Shown here piece by piece: positions 12,509 through 24,400 of a stretch of DNA of 60,959 nucleotides. How positions within the stretch are numbered: the stretch's first letter is position 1; every line of letters starts with the position of its first letter. Source of the stretch: Stylophora pistillata (taxonomy: Eukaryota); the NCBI RefSeq assembly GCF_002571385.2, contig NW_019217869.1, forward strand, positions 581,661 to 642,619, in the 5' to 3' direction. The translations under genes and the position numbers were made by a program. The notes under the pieces are model-generated. The model made no database searches, was not told the origin of the DNA, and saw only the letters and a list, made by a program, of their open reading frames with translations.

Positions 12509-14294
12509 TCCTTTTTTGCGTTCAGTCACAAATCGCCGTCGCGCTGATAGCGCATGCGTAGATTCTATGTAGTGCGCATGCGTTGTAGTATGCTTTGTGA
12601 AAGCACATGGTCGACGAGTAACGAAGGATTGTCTCAAGGTCTTGTTGCAGATTGCGAAAACGATGGAGGGTAACACGCACAAAACACATGCAAACGCATA
12701 CAATTCTCGCGGTAGACCCACACTAAAAGATGTCGGAAGGGGTCGGTCCGCGACGTTTACGAGAGATTAATTTACGAGCGAACCATTACGAGTGAACCTT
12801 TTATCGTGAACGATGCTATAACTCATATCAAATGAACCATCTATAAAAAATCATGCTATATAAAATCGGCTATCTCATGTTAACCTACGTAGGAATCGTC
12901 GTGTGGTTAAACGTGATCGAGAACCCAACAGATTGTCAGTACGGAATCTGAGAAACAAAAGCAGAGATCTGAAGGAGTTTGTCTTCAAACGTATGCGTGC
13001 AAGCATACCGAAGTCTTTCAGGCTTTATTGTTATGTGAAGGTTAGACAACTTAAAAAACATGAATGTAATACTATGAGAATGAGCTTAAATAAAATCCCA
13101 CACTGACATGAAAAGAAAATTTTCTTTAATTGCTCTAGCAAGGTTTATCGAGGGATAATGAAGCTTAAATGTCGAGCAAATCGGTATTTATCATTGTTTA
13201 CCTGTAATAGTTTGATGTGCCTGTACAAAAGTCAGACCCATATATCAAATTATTGTAAATTTAAACTGAGCAGTGATGTGGAGAAGAACCCTAGGCCTGG
13301 TCTTGCTCCAATGTGCATTGACCCCAGCAAAACAATATCAGCCCCGTATGGCCAAGGTAATGGGCTGGTATTTGGACAGAATTCTGGACAAAAATGTGTT
13401 GCGATGAGTTTGTGCTCTTTGATTTACAATAACAAATAAGGAATTCATTCTACCAATGACCTCATGTTAATTACGGATATTGGAAATCAATTGTATTCAG
13501 GCTTGTCTCAATTAACAAGACAATCCCTTTTTTAATGCAGTCAGAATTACCACTGATGCTAAATGTATTTGACGCTGATTATGAACTTCAGTACAGTGAA
13601 AGCTACTCTAGTACTCATCAAGAAGCCACCATAGAAGAATATCAATACTGTTGTCCTTTGCAAAGAGCCTTCGAATCACTTATTGCTGAAAACTACACCA
13701 ATTTTGTATGAACAGTAGGGTGTACTGCTGTTGCCATCTATTGTAATGAACAGTAGGGTGTACTGCTGTTGCCATCTATTGTAATGGTATAAATGAGGGG
13801 TTCAAAATGTTTGATTCTCATGCTAGGGATTCATATGGTAGAAGCCATGCCCAAGCTACATGTGTGCTGCTTGAAGTATTGTCTCTTAGTGACTTAGTAC
13901 ATTATTTTCAGAGTATACATAAGGAGTAATAATTAATGAAGTAGGAACCCTGGTCCGATAGAGATCCTCAGCAGGGAAACATTTTCCTCGCATAAACTTG
14001 ATTTACACATTGTGCGTGTAGAAGATACATCGTCTTTCGTTATTTCTGCCTTTAGCGCACTACATACAGTACTACTGCATACCACAAATTCAGCAGCGAT
14101 TTTTATGATTTCCATCATAGTAAAGAATGGTGAAGAATTGACCTCTTAAGTTTTATTAAGGGCACCAAGATGGACGTGGCAAATGTTTATTTGGAAGGAT
14201 AAGACAAGATTAATTAAATTTTGAAAGTCGCCGCAAACATTGCTAATTCAAACGCACCCCATGAAAGCCCGAGTTCACGCAGTTATGCGTCTAG
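12509..14294 (+). mobile_element. Internally deleted Helitron/Helentron-like element
   Basis: Starts near TC in a T-rich site. Ends in a short hairpin (acgca-gtta-tgcgt, 14277-14290) followed by CTAG and then T. It carries a decayed C76/Herpes_teg_N-like domain of the kind reported in animal Helitrons. No Rep or helicase sequence remains, so the class is inferred. Confidence 0.55.
13158..13929 (+). pseudogene. Decayed ORF: 2A-like peptide followed by a herpesvirus-tegument-type cysteine protease/deubiquitinase (peptidase C76-like)
   Basis: Translates YCKFKLSSDVEKNPRP, then SAPYGQGNGLVFGQNSGQKCVAMSLCSL...VGCTAVAIYC...FKMFDSHARDSYG. It is broken by stops at 13437 and 13709, a frameshift near 13530 and a 38-bp tandem duplication (13708-13783). 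Confidence 0.7.
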
Positions 14295-16238
14295 TTATTA
14301 TTAGTATTATTATTAGAAAGTGTTCGTTAAAATTTGATCCATGCTAGCTTCGGCCTGATTGCTGCGAATTCGCTATTCAACGTAATAGATAACGGTAAGC
14401 CCCAATTAAAACTGACCTGAAAAAGAGCATGTCGCATAATTTGTGCGGTTTTAATTTCAGCATTAAAGTTAGATATTGTATCAGGTCAGCTGAAAATAGG
14501 ACACATTTTTTTTGAACCGAAGATCACTGTAAGTGCCAGTGTGACTTAAAGTTTGGTGTTCAAGTTACACTCTAAACTAAAACTTGCTTTAGGGTGCCAA
14601 AATCGCAGCGCAGTTGAAATATCTTTTCATGGATGCAATTTTTGATACCTCTGAATAGTTCTCAAGTCATTTGCGAGCTTTGGAGTTTCTGTGCGCAGCT
14701 CAATGTATGGTAGTTCAACACAGTTCAAAAAAAGAAAAAAGCTTGTGAACACGACGATCGCTATTGCAACTTGGACAGGACTCGGGAATTTCTAATCTTA
14801 TTTTTCCTTATCCTGTTGACACCATATAGGAGGAAACAAAATTTAATTCATTGCGGTTAAAATGGCGAGAGATAAGATTTTTCTTAAAACTAATCACCAA
14901 AAGGGACCGTGCTAGTGTGCAAACAGGTTAAAGAATATTACTGATTTACTGGTAAGTGGTAAACAAATATCAGCTTTGACAGCCTTGATAAAAATCCAAA
15001 TTACACGAGTGCCTAATAGTTGCTTTCTATTTTTTCCAATATCCTCCTTTTAGTGTATATGTTTATTGAGTACACCAGGTGTACTTTGTTTTCAAATTTG
15101 AATGAAGAGCTTAATCATTTTTTTATCCTAACGGAGATCTTAAAGTGTCTATCAGGAAAGAGTATTTTGAATTTCAAGAGATAAAATCCTCAGGTCCTGG
15201 ATAAAAAGGAAGATATTTTATTATTACGGCTTTTAATCTATGTATACAGCGTATGCTAACAAATTCGCTTTCCGGAATCAAACCTTTTATGGAAAAAATC
15301 TGATCATTCGACGAGACTGGCGCAGTAAATGCACTTCTGGAGGACTGTTTACATGGAGGAAGGTAGATCGTTTGCTTTCAGTTCACTTGCTAAAGGTTGT
15401 ATTGAACCGATTTCAAGTTCTTTGTTTTGATAACTCAGCTTAACCATAAAATGCGCGCCTCGCAAAATTTTCGTAAATCCGAGCAACAAAAATATGAGAA
15501 CTTCACTTCAGTGGAGAAAATGAGTGGACAGTAGCAAGTCGTCGACGGACAGAACTTTATATCGAAAACGTAACAAATCAGGTCAAGTACGAATGGTCCA
15601 ATACTTTCGTATTTGACCTGATTTTAGGAAACACACTCGAGGAAACGCTAGGAAACGTATTAGACCTTTGGTTCTCTCAGTTCGCCCTAAAATGGAAAGA
15701 GCTGTGGAAGTAGCAGTTTACCGAACAAAAATCGAGCCGTGAAAAGATGGAAACGTCGAAACACCTACTGCGTATGATCAGTCTCCTAATGACTTTCTAT
15801 TTTACATCTGATATCCAACAGTGTGGTGCCTAACGTGAGCAGACTGAAAGTGCTGTAAAAGCACCCGAGAACCTGTACAAACAATCTTGACAATTACACC
15901 TAAATAAAAAAAATATTGATGGGCAGCTTTTTTGAGCTAAATCTTGTTTACTGGGCATATAGCATTGATTTATTAAGAAGTCCGGTGACCACGATTTTCA
16001 CCGTTAGCGTAAGCAAGAAAAATAATACGATCACGAGGAAAAATTTGTCCATGGTACACTTAGCACAAAAATGCGTCGGTTCCACCTAATCTCAGTCAGT
16101 ATCTTACATCTGAGTTGGTGATAAAATCTTTGTTTACCTCAGTTACGACTTGTTGACTTTTATTTTACGGTATTCGTAATATATGCGAAAAGGAACGAAA
16201 AGAAGCATACACATAAATGTAAGACCGTGAATCAAATA

Positions 16239-16478
16239 AGTAAAAAGGCTGATAGTTTCTAAAGAAACTGTTTGGGGCTGCGTCAGTGGGGGTAACGAGA
16301 TAATTTGAATGTATCAACAAAGTTGAAATGGTAAATTGGCTACCGTTACGGTTATAAAAGTTGGACGTTTCGAGCGTTAGCCCTTCGTCATTCGCCCCGA
16401 CGAAGGGCTAACGCTCGAAACGTCAGCTTTTATAACCGTAACGGTGGCCAATTTACCATTTCAACTTTGTTGATACAT
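16239..16478. mobile_element. Short Penelope-type retroelement insertion with an inverted partial copy and a minimal hammerhead ribozyme motif
   Basis: 12-bp TSD gtgaatcaaata (16227-16238/16479-16490). ~80-bp inverted arms span 16309-16478. The + strand motif is CCGACGA-a-GGGC-taac-GCTC-GAAA-C-GTC (16397-16424). Confidence 0.8.
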
Positions 16479-17250
16479 GTGAATCAAATATGGTTTTTAC
16501 ACTTCCACTGTTGTTAATGTATCGATAAATGTATACACCGCGTGGTGAAGAAAATTCAAGGAAGCATGTGGGAAAGGTACACAGATCGTAGACACCACCG
16601 AACTTTTCTATTATGATGTACTGATCTGTTGCAATCTTAAAAGGGTTGTAACTTCATTCACATGTACATACAACAATACACTAACAGGGGAAAAGTTTTA
16701 CTCCATGTACTTCAGATTACAACCGGGTGAACCAATCGAATTTAACGGAAGAAACTCGTGGTACTATTTCACAGAGTTGCCTCTTACTCCACCCTGGGCT
16801 AATCACGAAAGTGATTTTGACAGCTGCTTACGTCGTCTTGTTAGTCGCAGCCTGCACGGAAAATATCATAGTTATATACCTGGCGAGGACATGCAAAGAT
16901 TTACGACAGTTCTCATTCAACTATCTTATTATCAATATGGCTGTGGCAGACATTATGGATGTCTGTTTTTCAACGATCATATCTATTTCCTTTTAACTGG
17001 ATTTCTGGCGATGGAGGTAAAGTCTCTTGCAAACTTGCATGTTTCTTTGTGAATAGTTCAGTCGGTCTCTCCATCTCCACGCTAGTGATGTCAGTGGATC
17101 GCTACAAGGCAATGATGCACGTGATGAAAATTCCAATATCCTCAGCAGCAACAAAAAAATTCATAGCCTTGAATTGGATAGTGTCAGTCCTAGTGGGTGC
17201 TCCCTGTCTTTACAAGATGGATACGAGAGAGAGTGAGGGCGGAAATACAA

Positions 17251-17700
17251 TATCAATCAATCAATCAATCAATCAGTCAGTCAATCAACTTTATTTAACG
17301 AAGGTAACACGGGACAGTGCTTCAACTGAGTAACTAGTAGGCCCTCAAACTAAATTTATAAAACAAAGTTAAGTAACAAAATACATGTCGTAAAGAAAGG
17401 AAGTATAAGTGTATGTATGAATAGGACTAACTTTAGTAAAAACTATATTACACTTATAAAAATATTCTTACAATGAATATCAACAAACTATAATTACAAT
17501 AAGAATACAGCTGGGATAGGTCGAGCGAGATGAAGGTTATGAAATGTTGGATTAGCATAAAACCATGAATAAAATTAAGTTTCAGTTATGCTAAAATGAT
17601 CAACGTCATTGTATTTGGTTAAAAAATGTCTATAAATAGCCTTTCTAGATGAGGTTACACATGTTACTTTCTTAAGGTTAACTGAATGGGCAGAGAGATA
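17251..17700 (-). mobile_element. 3' end of a LINE inserted antisense in the GPCR pseudogene
   Basis: The minus strand shows aataaa plus a (TGAT)n tail at 17251-17297 and an ORF2-like C-terminus (KKVTCVTSSRKAIYRHFLTKY). The boundary at the element's 5' end is approximate. Confidence 0.6.
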
Positions 17701-18006
17701 TTGACACCTGACTTTGAAAGGGTTTCCATTGTTTGCGCACTGGCGTGGTGCACAAAAATACAAAACATCTGGTTTCGCCCAGTGATTTGGTGGCTTTAGC
17801 TGTGATTCAAGAAAAATTCTCGAGGTACAATTAAAATTGCCGACGGTTCAAACGTGAGCGACTTACCTTGCTTTCCATTCCCTTAACAATGACAGTTCTG
17901 ACAGTTGACTTTAAAATGTCTTTCTTAAGGGCGCGCGTACGGAATAAAAACAAACAATAACATTGCCGTTTTAATTTCTTGTTTTCTTATTTTTATTCAG
18001 TTATGC

Positions 18007-18061
18007 GATTCAAGAAAAACTCACTACCTGACTCGTGAATTCCACGTTAAATTTCACTTGA

Positions 18062-18124
<63 letters not shown>

Positions 18125-18165
18125 ACGTGGAATTCACTCGTCAGGCAGTGAATTTTTCTTTAGAA
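18007..18165 (-). repeat. ~150-nt foldback hairpin with a GCGAAGC apex on the minus strand
   Basis: Arms 18012-18084 and 18088-18160 are complementary except for three 2x2 and two single mismatches. Confidence 0.85.
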
Positions 18166-19136
18166 TTAACACACAAAATCAAAAGATATATAAAATGTTA
18201 GTTGCCATCGTTCTCTTGATTGCTTTCTGTTGGCTTTTCGCCCATGTAAACCATTTGATGAGCGTCTTTAGCCCCTCAAAGTATTGTGCTCTCCCCATGG
18301 CCCGTCTCTCTTCCCTTCTTTTGGATTTCTCATACAAATGCTGCCATCAATCCCATTATATATTTTATATTCAATAACAAATTTCGACAAGGACTAAGAG
18401 GAGTCCTCAGAGTCACAGAGCCGGAAACAAGACCCCTTCAAACAAGACACGTTGTTCCTCAAGATAATTTTGCATTTGACAGAGTGGAGTTTACTGGAAA
18501 TATCGCCGTTAGGAAGTCGGTCGAAAAATCAAGGAAGCATAGGACGAGACAAAGATTTGGAATTTGACACAAAACTTTAAATCGATAATCTGTAGCTTGA
18601 GAATAACACTGCCTATAAAGCGTGTGGCTTTAGTTTCGTATTCCTCTCTAAGAACTTATATGTACGTGCTTTATTTCAGCCGACGGGTCAACTGACGTCA
18701 TCATTCAAGAATAAGACCTATTAAATCGCTGGCAGCGCACATAAATTGCGCGGAGTGGACTTAAAAGTTCGTAGTTCTTCTTTGATAATACTGGAGATGA
18801 AAACGTAAAAAGCGGCAGGAGAGAGTCAAATCAAAACAAAGAAATGTAAACGACTCTCGCGGGTTTATTGTGCCACAAACACGGATGGCTTTCTTTCCTG
18901 GCTCTCGAATTTTTAATGAAGCGAGATTCTTTTTCTATTCAATAAATTCTTGGTTGACCCAACATAAGGTCAAGGTGGTTGGATATTGGCCAAGTTCTTT
19001 CTTTCATAATTTCATATTTTTTATATGATAATTCTTCTATTAGCACGTAAATGGCTGTTCGTTATCTTTCAGCTAACGAGTCAATTGAGGTCATTATTCA
19101 ATATTAATACGTAAAAAAATCTTAAAACAATGGGAT

Positions 19137-20420
19137 ACACCTTTATCACGTAGCGCCATCTTGGATTGCGTGAGACACCAAATCGAGGCTGGACGGGCAT
19201 AAAGTTTGTGTTACACTGGTGTTTACAGTAGGGATATATGACAAGTAATAAGCATGGCCCACGAGCATTGCTCTGTTAACTACTGTACAAACGACAAGAG
19301 AAATCAGAGTAGCGAGCATTTATCCTTTTCCAACTTGCCTTCAAATTCTTTATTGAGATCGAAATGGATTGCCACTATAAAGCGAGATGAAGGGCTAGAT
19401 TTTGAGACAAGAATGGAGCCGTGACCGGCGAGTTGTCAGACGTACGTGTTACTAGCGACCGACTTTTTGCTTTAGATTGAAAACACAGCCACTACACGTT
19501 TTGCGAAATACCTACTTTTTTCGTATCCAGAACACTAGTCATTTCAGGAATCTACTAGTCTTTTACTTTATATTTTTCATTTTACTTTTGGCTCAAGTTG
19601 TCAAACGCACATGGCAATGTTTTGTTTGTTTTTAGTAACTCGGATTTTGTAATATGTACTAACTGAGATTCTCCGGCCCTCGTTTATTCGCGTTATAATT
19701 AAAAATAAAACTTGAATTACAACAAACTTGAACTACACGACAGAAAAATACTTAAAACTGCCCGAAACTAAAACAAAAAATTTTTCCCTAATATTGTTTA
19801 ATTTTAGTATGCAAAGCGAGGTTTAAATCAGATGGTCAAATAAATATCTGCAACCTCCAGGGCTCTTCATTTTTCCGCTGTGGCTTATAGCTTCGAGCTC
19901 TCACGACGGCTCCTGTGTCTTGTGTTTTCAGTGAAAGGGAAGGTGCGGATCAGTGTGACAACGTGGACACGCTACGAGTCATGGTTTCTAAAGCTTCATT
20001 TCATCACTTTTTTACATCGTTGGAAGTTTTTGATTAACGAATCCGGGCATAAATAAAAGATAAGAGCAATATAATATCTGTAAAAATGGTGTGAATGGCG
20101 TGAATCACGCAACTGTTCGAATAAAATATTTCCATCTTCATCTAGACTTGAGGCATCGACAACAACCACAGAACAACTCGTCGATATCAAAGATGTAGCC
20201 TTCAGAGAAATTGCTGTATATACGGGTTATCACTTTCTTTGGGACCTTTCTATCTTTCTCGAGCCATTTCTCGACCAAAGTTGAATCAAAATAAGGAATA
20301 TTCTTAAGAGATTTCGACCACGGAACAGAAGCTACAATCTCAGCCAAACAAACAGAATGCTCGTCCAGCCTGGATTTGGTGCGACACGGAATCCAAGATG
20401 GCGCTGCGTGATAAAGGTCT
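19137..20420. mobile_element. Internally deleted ISL2EU-like (Harbinger-related) DNA transposon
   Basis: ~64-bp imperfect TIRs (19137-19200/20358-20420) with AT on both flanks. The + strand has a THAP-like N-terminus from 19254 (MAHEHCSVNYCTND...LRSKWIATIKRDEG). A convergent - strand ORF remnant lies at 20347-20138 (WSKSLKNIPYF...NFSEGYIFDI). Confidence 0.75.
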
Positions 20421-21413
20421 ATTGAAACTTACTAGTTGATATATTTCTTCTCGACTGCAAGACCTTATAGCCATGACGTAAAAGAGAGCCGTTTTGAGTT
20501 TCTTAAAACTTTTGGTGAACGGGAAAGAAAACGCTGAGGAACTAGGCTTGGGCTCAGGTTGGACGATTTTTTAGAACTGTCAAAATTATTAAGCTTGTTC
20601 GTATAATTTAGGTGCCAACTTGGCAAGAAACAATTGATTAGATTTGGTTGTTGGCAAAAATAGAAAGTTAAATTTGGAGCAATTAATGAACTAGCGCTTT
20701 AGTACCTTGTTTTATTCTTGAAGTAAAAGATGCTTCGATACTTAACTCAGTCTACATGAGTTCTAGAACACAAACCGACGCTAGGCATGAACAAGTCCTT
20801 CGCCTTTATACGCAGCATGACTTGTATTATATTCTGTAGTGTACAGTGTGACATTTCCTAACTGATGAGTCATCATGCCATTATTCCTTGCGTGACGTCA
20901 TTATCTCGCGCTTGGACGTATTTTTATTGGCTTGCACGTAACACATCCGAGGCATGATATGAATGATTGAATTACCATAAATAAATATCAACGAAAACAA
21001 AATAATGCCTCGTCACAATTTTATATCACGACGTGGTTTGAAGGGCTGTAAGCATTATCGGTACTGAATCGTTTAAGATTGCAATTTGCTCACTTCTGAA
21101 CAAAACTTATAAAAGTTGAAAACGATATTGGCCTTGTTGGGTTGATAAATGGGCTTAATATAGCTTGAAGCTGTAAAAGGAAGTTTACGATCATAAGATG
21201 CTTTTGTTCGTTTGTTTTCGCTCCCATGACAATAAATAATAATATAAGTACGACACAGGTATTAACAGTCAAATTACTCGTGCATCGTGGTCGACTCTCT
21301 TATGTATATGTTCGGCTGTTCGCACACAGTGAGCCGGAGGCATTTTTTTGTTGTATGACTAGTTCATATCCTATTATTAATATAACAGAATTGTTCTTTC
21401 CGAAGAAAGGGCT

Positions 21414-24400
21414 ATGATCTCAAGAATGATGGTCTCAACCAAGGTAAGTAGAACAACACTTACGTATTTCCAAGTGTTTGAACGTGAAGGAAAGTTTTGC
21501 CGATCTTGATAAAGTACAATATTTGTATAATCAAAAGTTCATCAGCGACATTTGAATATAAGGAGTGACTGCAGTCAATTCTGACAGTAATTTTCTTCGA
21601 ACCGGGTTTAGATCTTACATGTCTTCAATCGCGTGATTTCCTCGTCGAAATAATTGTTAGCTTTAGTCATTGAAGTAGGGAAAATGTTAAATTTCAAGCC
21701 TTCTGATGGTTTCGTGGACATGGGTCAATATAAATATTTCAAGAAGGAAGAAATGCAAAGTTTTCGGCTTCACGCTCAACGAGCTTTGTCGGCTAAACTT
21801 AATTTCGATTCATCATCACAGTATCTTCAAAGTTGCTCGGAAAAACGAAGCTAAGTTGTTGGCATCTTTCAAAGATATCGTGTTTCAATGTAAGTAAATT
21901 GTGGTTTGGATCGAAGATTCACTGCAGGACATCAGTTTGATTTCTAAGGATGAAGAATCGATATTACTCTCTTACAATTATTTTGACAGGCTGAACGGGG
22001 TACTTTGCATATACTGTAAATTTTAACAGTTCAGTAAAGGTGTTTCAATTTTTTTTTCGTGCGACAACGTGCTTGGAGTGGAAAGTAAATAGTAACTCGG
22101 GGTCAGCACCTTCGCCAAACGAGAGTTACTTTAAATATGAAAAATAAAACATTTTCCCTCACCGAGAGAATGATACATCCACCTCGGCCATTGCCTAAAA
22201 ATAATAGGACTGCAAAAAACCAAACAAAACAAAACAAAACAGACACCTAAATCAAATATTGTTCCTTTGGAATGTACGGCAGCTTCCCTCTGTTATTCAG
22301 TGTTCGAAAGCGATCGAGCGCTGCCATGAACAACCATCAAACCATCAAAAGTTAATTAATTCAATCTCTTTCATCGCCAGCACATGCAACTGATTTTGTC
22401 TCTACTCATTCTGCTGTCAACCAATCTGCATTCTCTGACGGTAAGTACATTAACATGCATTGTGGTACCCCTACTGATTAATGTTAACGCAAAGTAGCGC
22501 CAATTTAGTCGATATTGAAAATGTCAATTCAATGGGCCTAACTGATCCACGTAATTTGTATTCAGAATAGCGGCGTTCTTTTGCCATTCGTACACAAGTC
22601 ATAGAAGTATTGTTTCCCTCCGTCGGCACCGAAGGGGAGGTAATGATTGTAAAGGTGATGATTGTGGCACACGCTCTAGTATAGATGGTAAACCACTACT
22701 CTGGGACTGGAAAAATGTCCCGACTAAAAATGTCCTAGCACTGAATTGAAGCAAAATGATAAAGAGATCATGTAGATTACATCAACCTGTACCCTATTTA
22801 GGAGGGGCTCCAAAGTAGAGTACTTACTGCTCTTTAACATCATAGTTAGTAAAGGGGACGCTTCTCGAAAGACAGCCGCCATCTTGAAAGCGTGTGCACG
22901 GTCATAACCACGTGATCACACTAAAACCATAACAATAAGTTACCCCTTTGAAGTTTGCCGGGTTTCCTAACCTGTCCCCTCTACTAGCTATGTTAACATT
23001 GATCAAACACCAGCNNNNNNNNNNNNNNNNNNNNNNNNNNNNNNNNNNNNNNNNNNNNNNNNNNNNNNNNNNNNNNNNNNNNNNNNNNNNNNNNNNNNNN
23101 NNNNNNNNNNNNNNNNNNNNNNNNNNNNNNNNNNNNNNAATTCGGAATACCTTCGACACCACTGAAAATCTTGCCAAAAAATTTCACAGAATAACCGATC
23201 AAAAATCATAAAGAGTATCACTGGAACCGGTAAATTCCGGAAAGCTTCGACGTAATGTAGTTATGAGAGTCACGTTGACGGTTAAAGGCTAAAAATGAGC
23301 CCTTTTGACCGTTGACGTTTAAATGTTAGGTCATGTCACGGTTGACGGTTAATTTTATGGAATGTCGTTTATAAAACGAACTAAACGCGCGAATTTGGCA
23401 GTAATTTTTTATAATGACGCGTTTGTAAAAAACTATTAATTCATAACACCTTTTATTAAATACATTACCGACGTTTTACGACACCAGAAGTGTTTCCACA
23501 GTGGAAGTCAGTTCTGTCGCTAACCACTTTTACTCGAGACTAGTAGTTAGAGGACTTACATAAATGTACTTCTGTGATATATCAAAACTTTTATTTATAA
23601 ACAACAAAGCTTGACCCGAATTAAGGCAATCGTTTGGTTCTTAATTTTAAGGATATTTGATACATTTGAGACTAACGTTGGCTTGCTTATTAGAGGTTGA
23701 CGGTGAAAATATTGCGTTTTAGACGGTTGACGGTTAATATTTTGGCCATTTCAACGGTTGACGGCTAACCCAATTGAGACCCTCAATTATGCCTTGTTAT
23801 TATTTTAATGTTTTGAATCTCTTCTCTTTTTAAATCATAGCCCGATACAGACATTCTTCTTTGCGCTAGTACCGAGGCGCTCAGTGGTCACTATTATGCT
23901 TCAGCTAAGGCAACTCCTACAAAAACAACTTCAGTAAGTACCAGCCCACAGTTTGTACAACTATCAAATTTACAGATCAATTCAAACACATAAAAATAGT
24001 TTTTGTGTGTAGCAACTTCCTGTTGACATGAATTACAATTTGCTCGCACGACAAATGACTATAAGATTCGTTTCTAGACGTGAGAGGGAAATTCTTGTTT
24101 CGTGCAGGTTCCGGCTTCAGCTGTGACGATTAGTGACCAAGACAGCGAAAATGGAATGGTCAAGTGCAGGTAGCTCTTTCCTTTATTGATAGTATGTAGC
24201 CAAATTTTCTCGTGAGCGGGATATGACTAAAGTACGGTTCAATCTATCAAGGGATGCTTGAGAATAAAGTACTGTAATTACTTGTCTCAATGCATGAGCA
24301 AAAACTAGACAGTTTTGGTCAATGTCTGCCTGGCCATAACAGTTTTTGTATCTTAGCACGCTGAGAAGAGATAACAAAGACTCCTGTCCCTTTGGTTTTG

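Larger units (their letters stand above)
16716..18567 (+). pseudogene. Class A GPCR pseudogene, closest paralogue of GPCR-1
   Basis: TM1-2 (NYLIINMAVAD), frameshift near 16990, TM3-4 (CK...SVDRY...YKM), ~900-bp insertion with TM5 missing, TM6 (CWLFAHVNH), frameshift near 18300, TM7 (FWISHTNAAINPIIY). Confidence 0.88.

Noticed and set aside
13945-13960. Second NPGP-coding stretch
   Set aside because: Lacks the upstream D(V/I)E and is preceded by a stop, so it is not a 2A.
22566-22740. Possible additional FRRS1-like exon (DCKGDDC-like reading)
   Set aside because: No phase-consistent, stop-free splice solution found.
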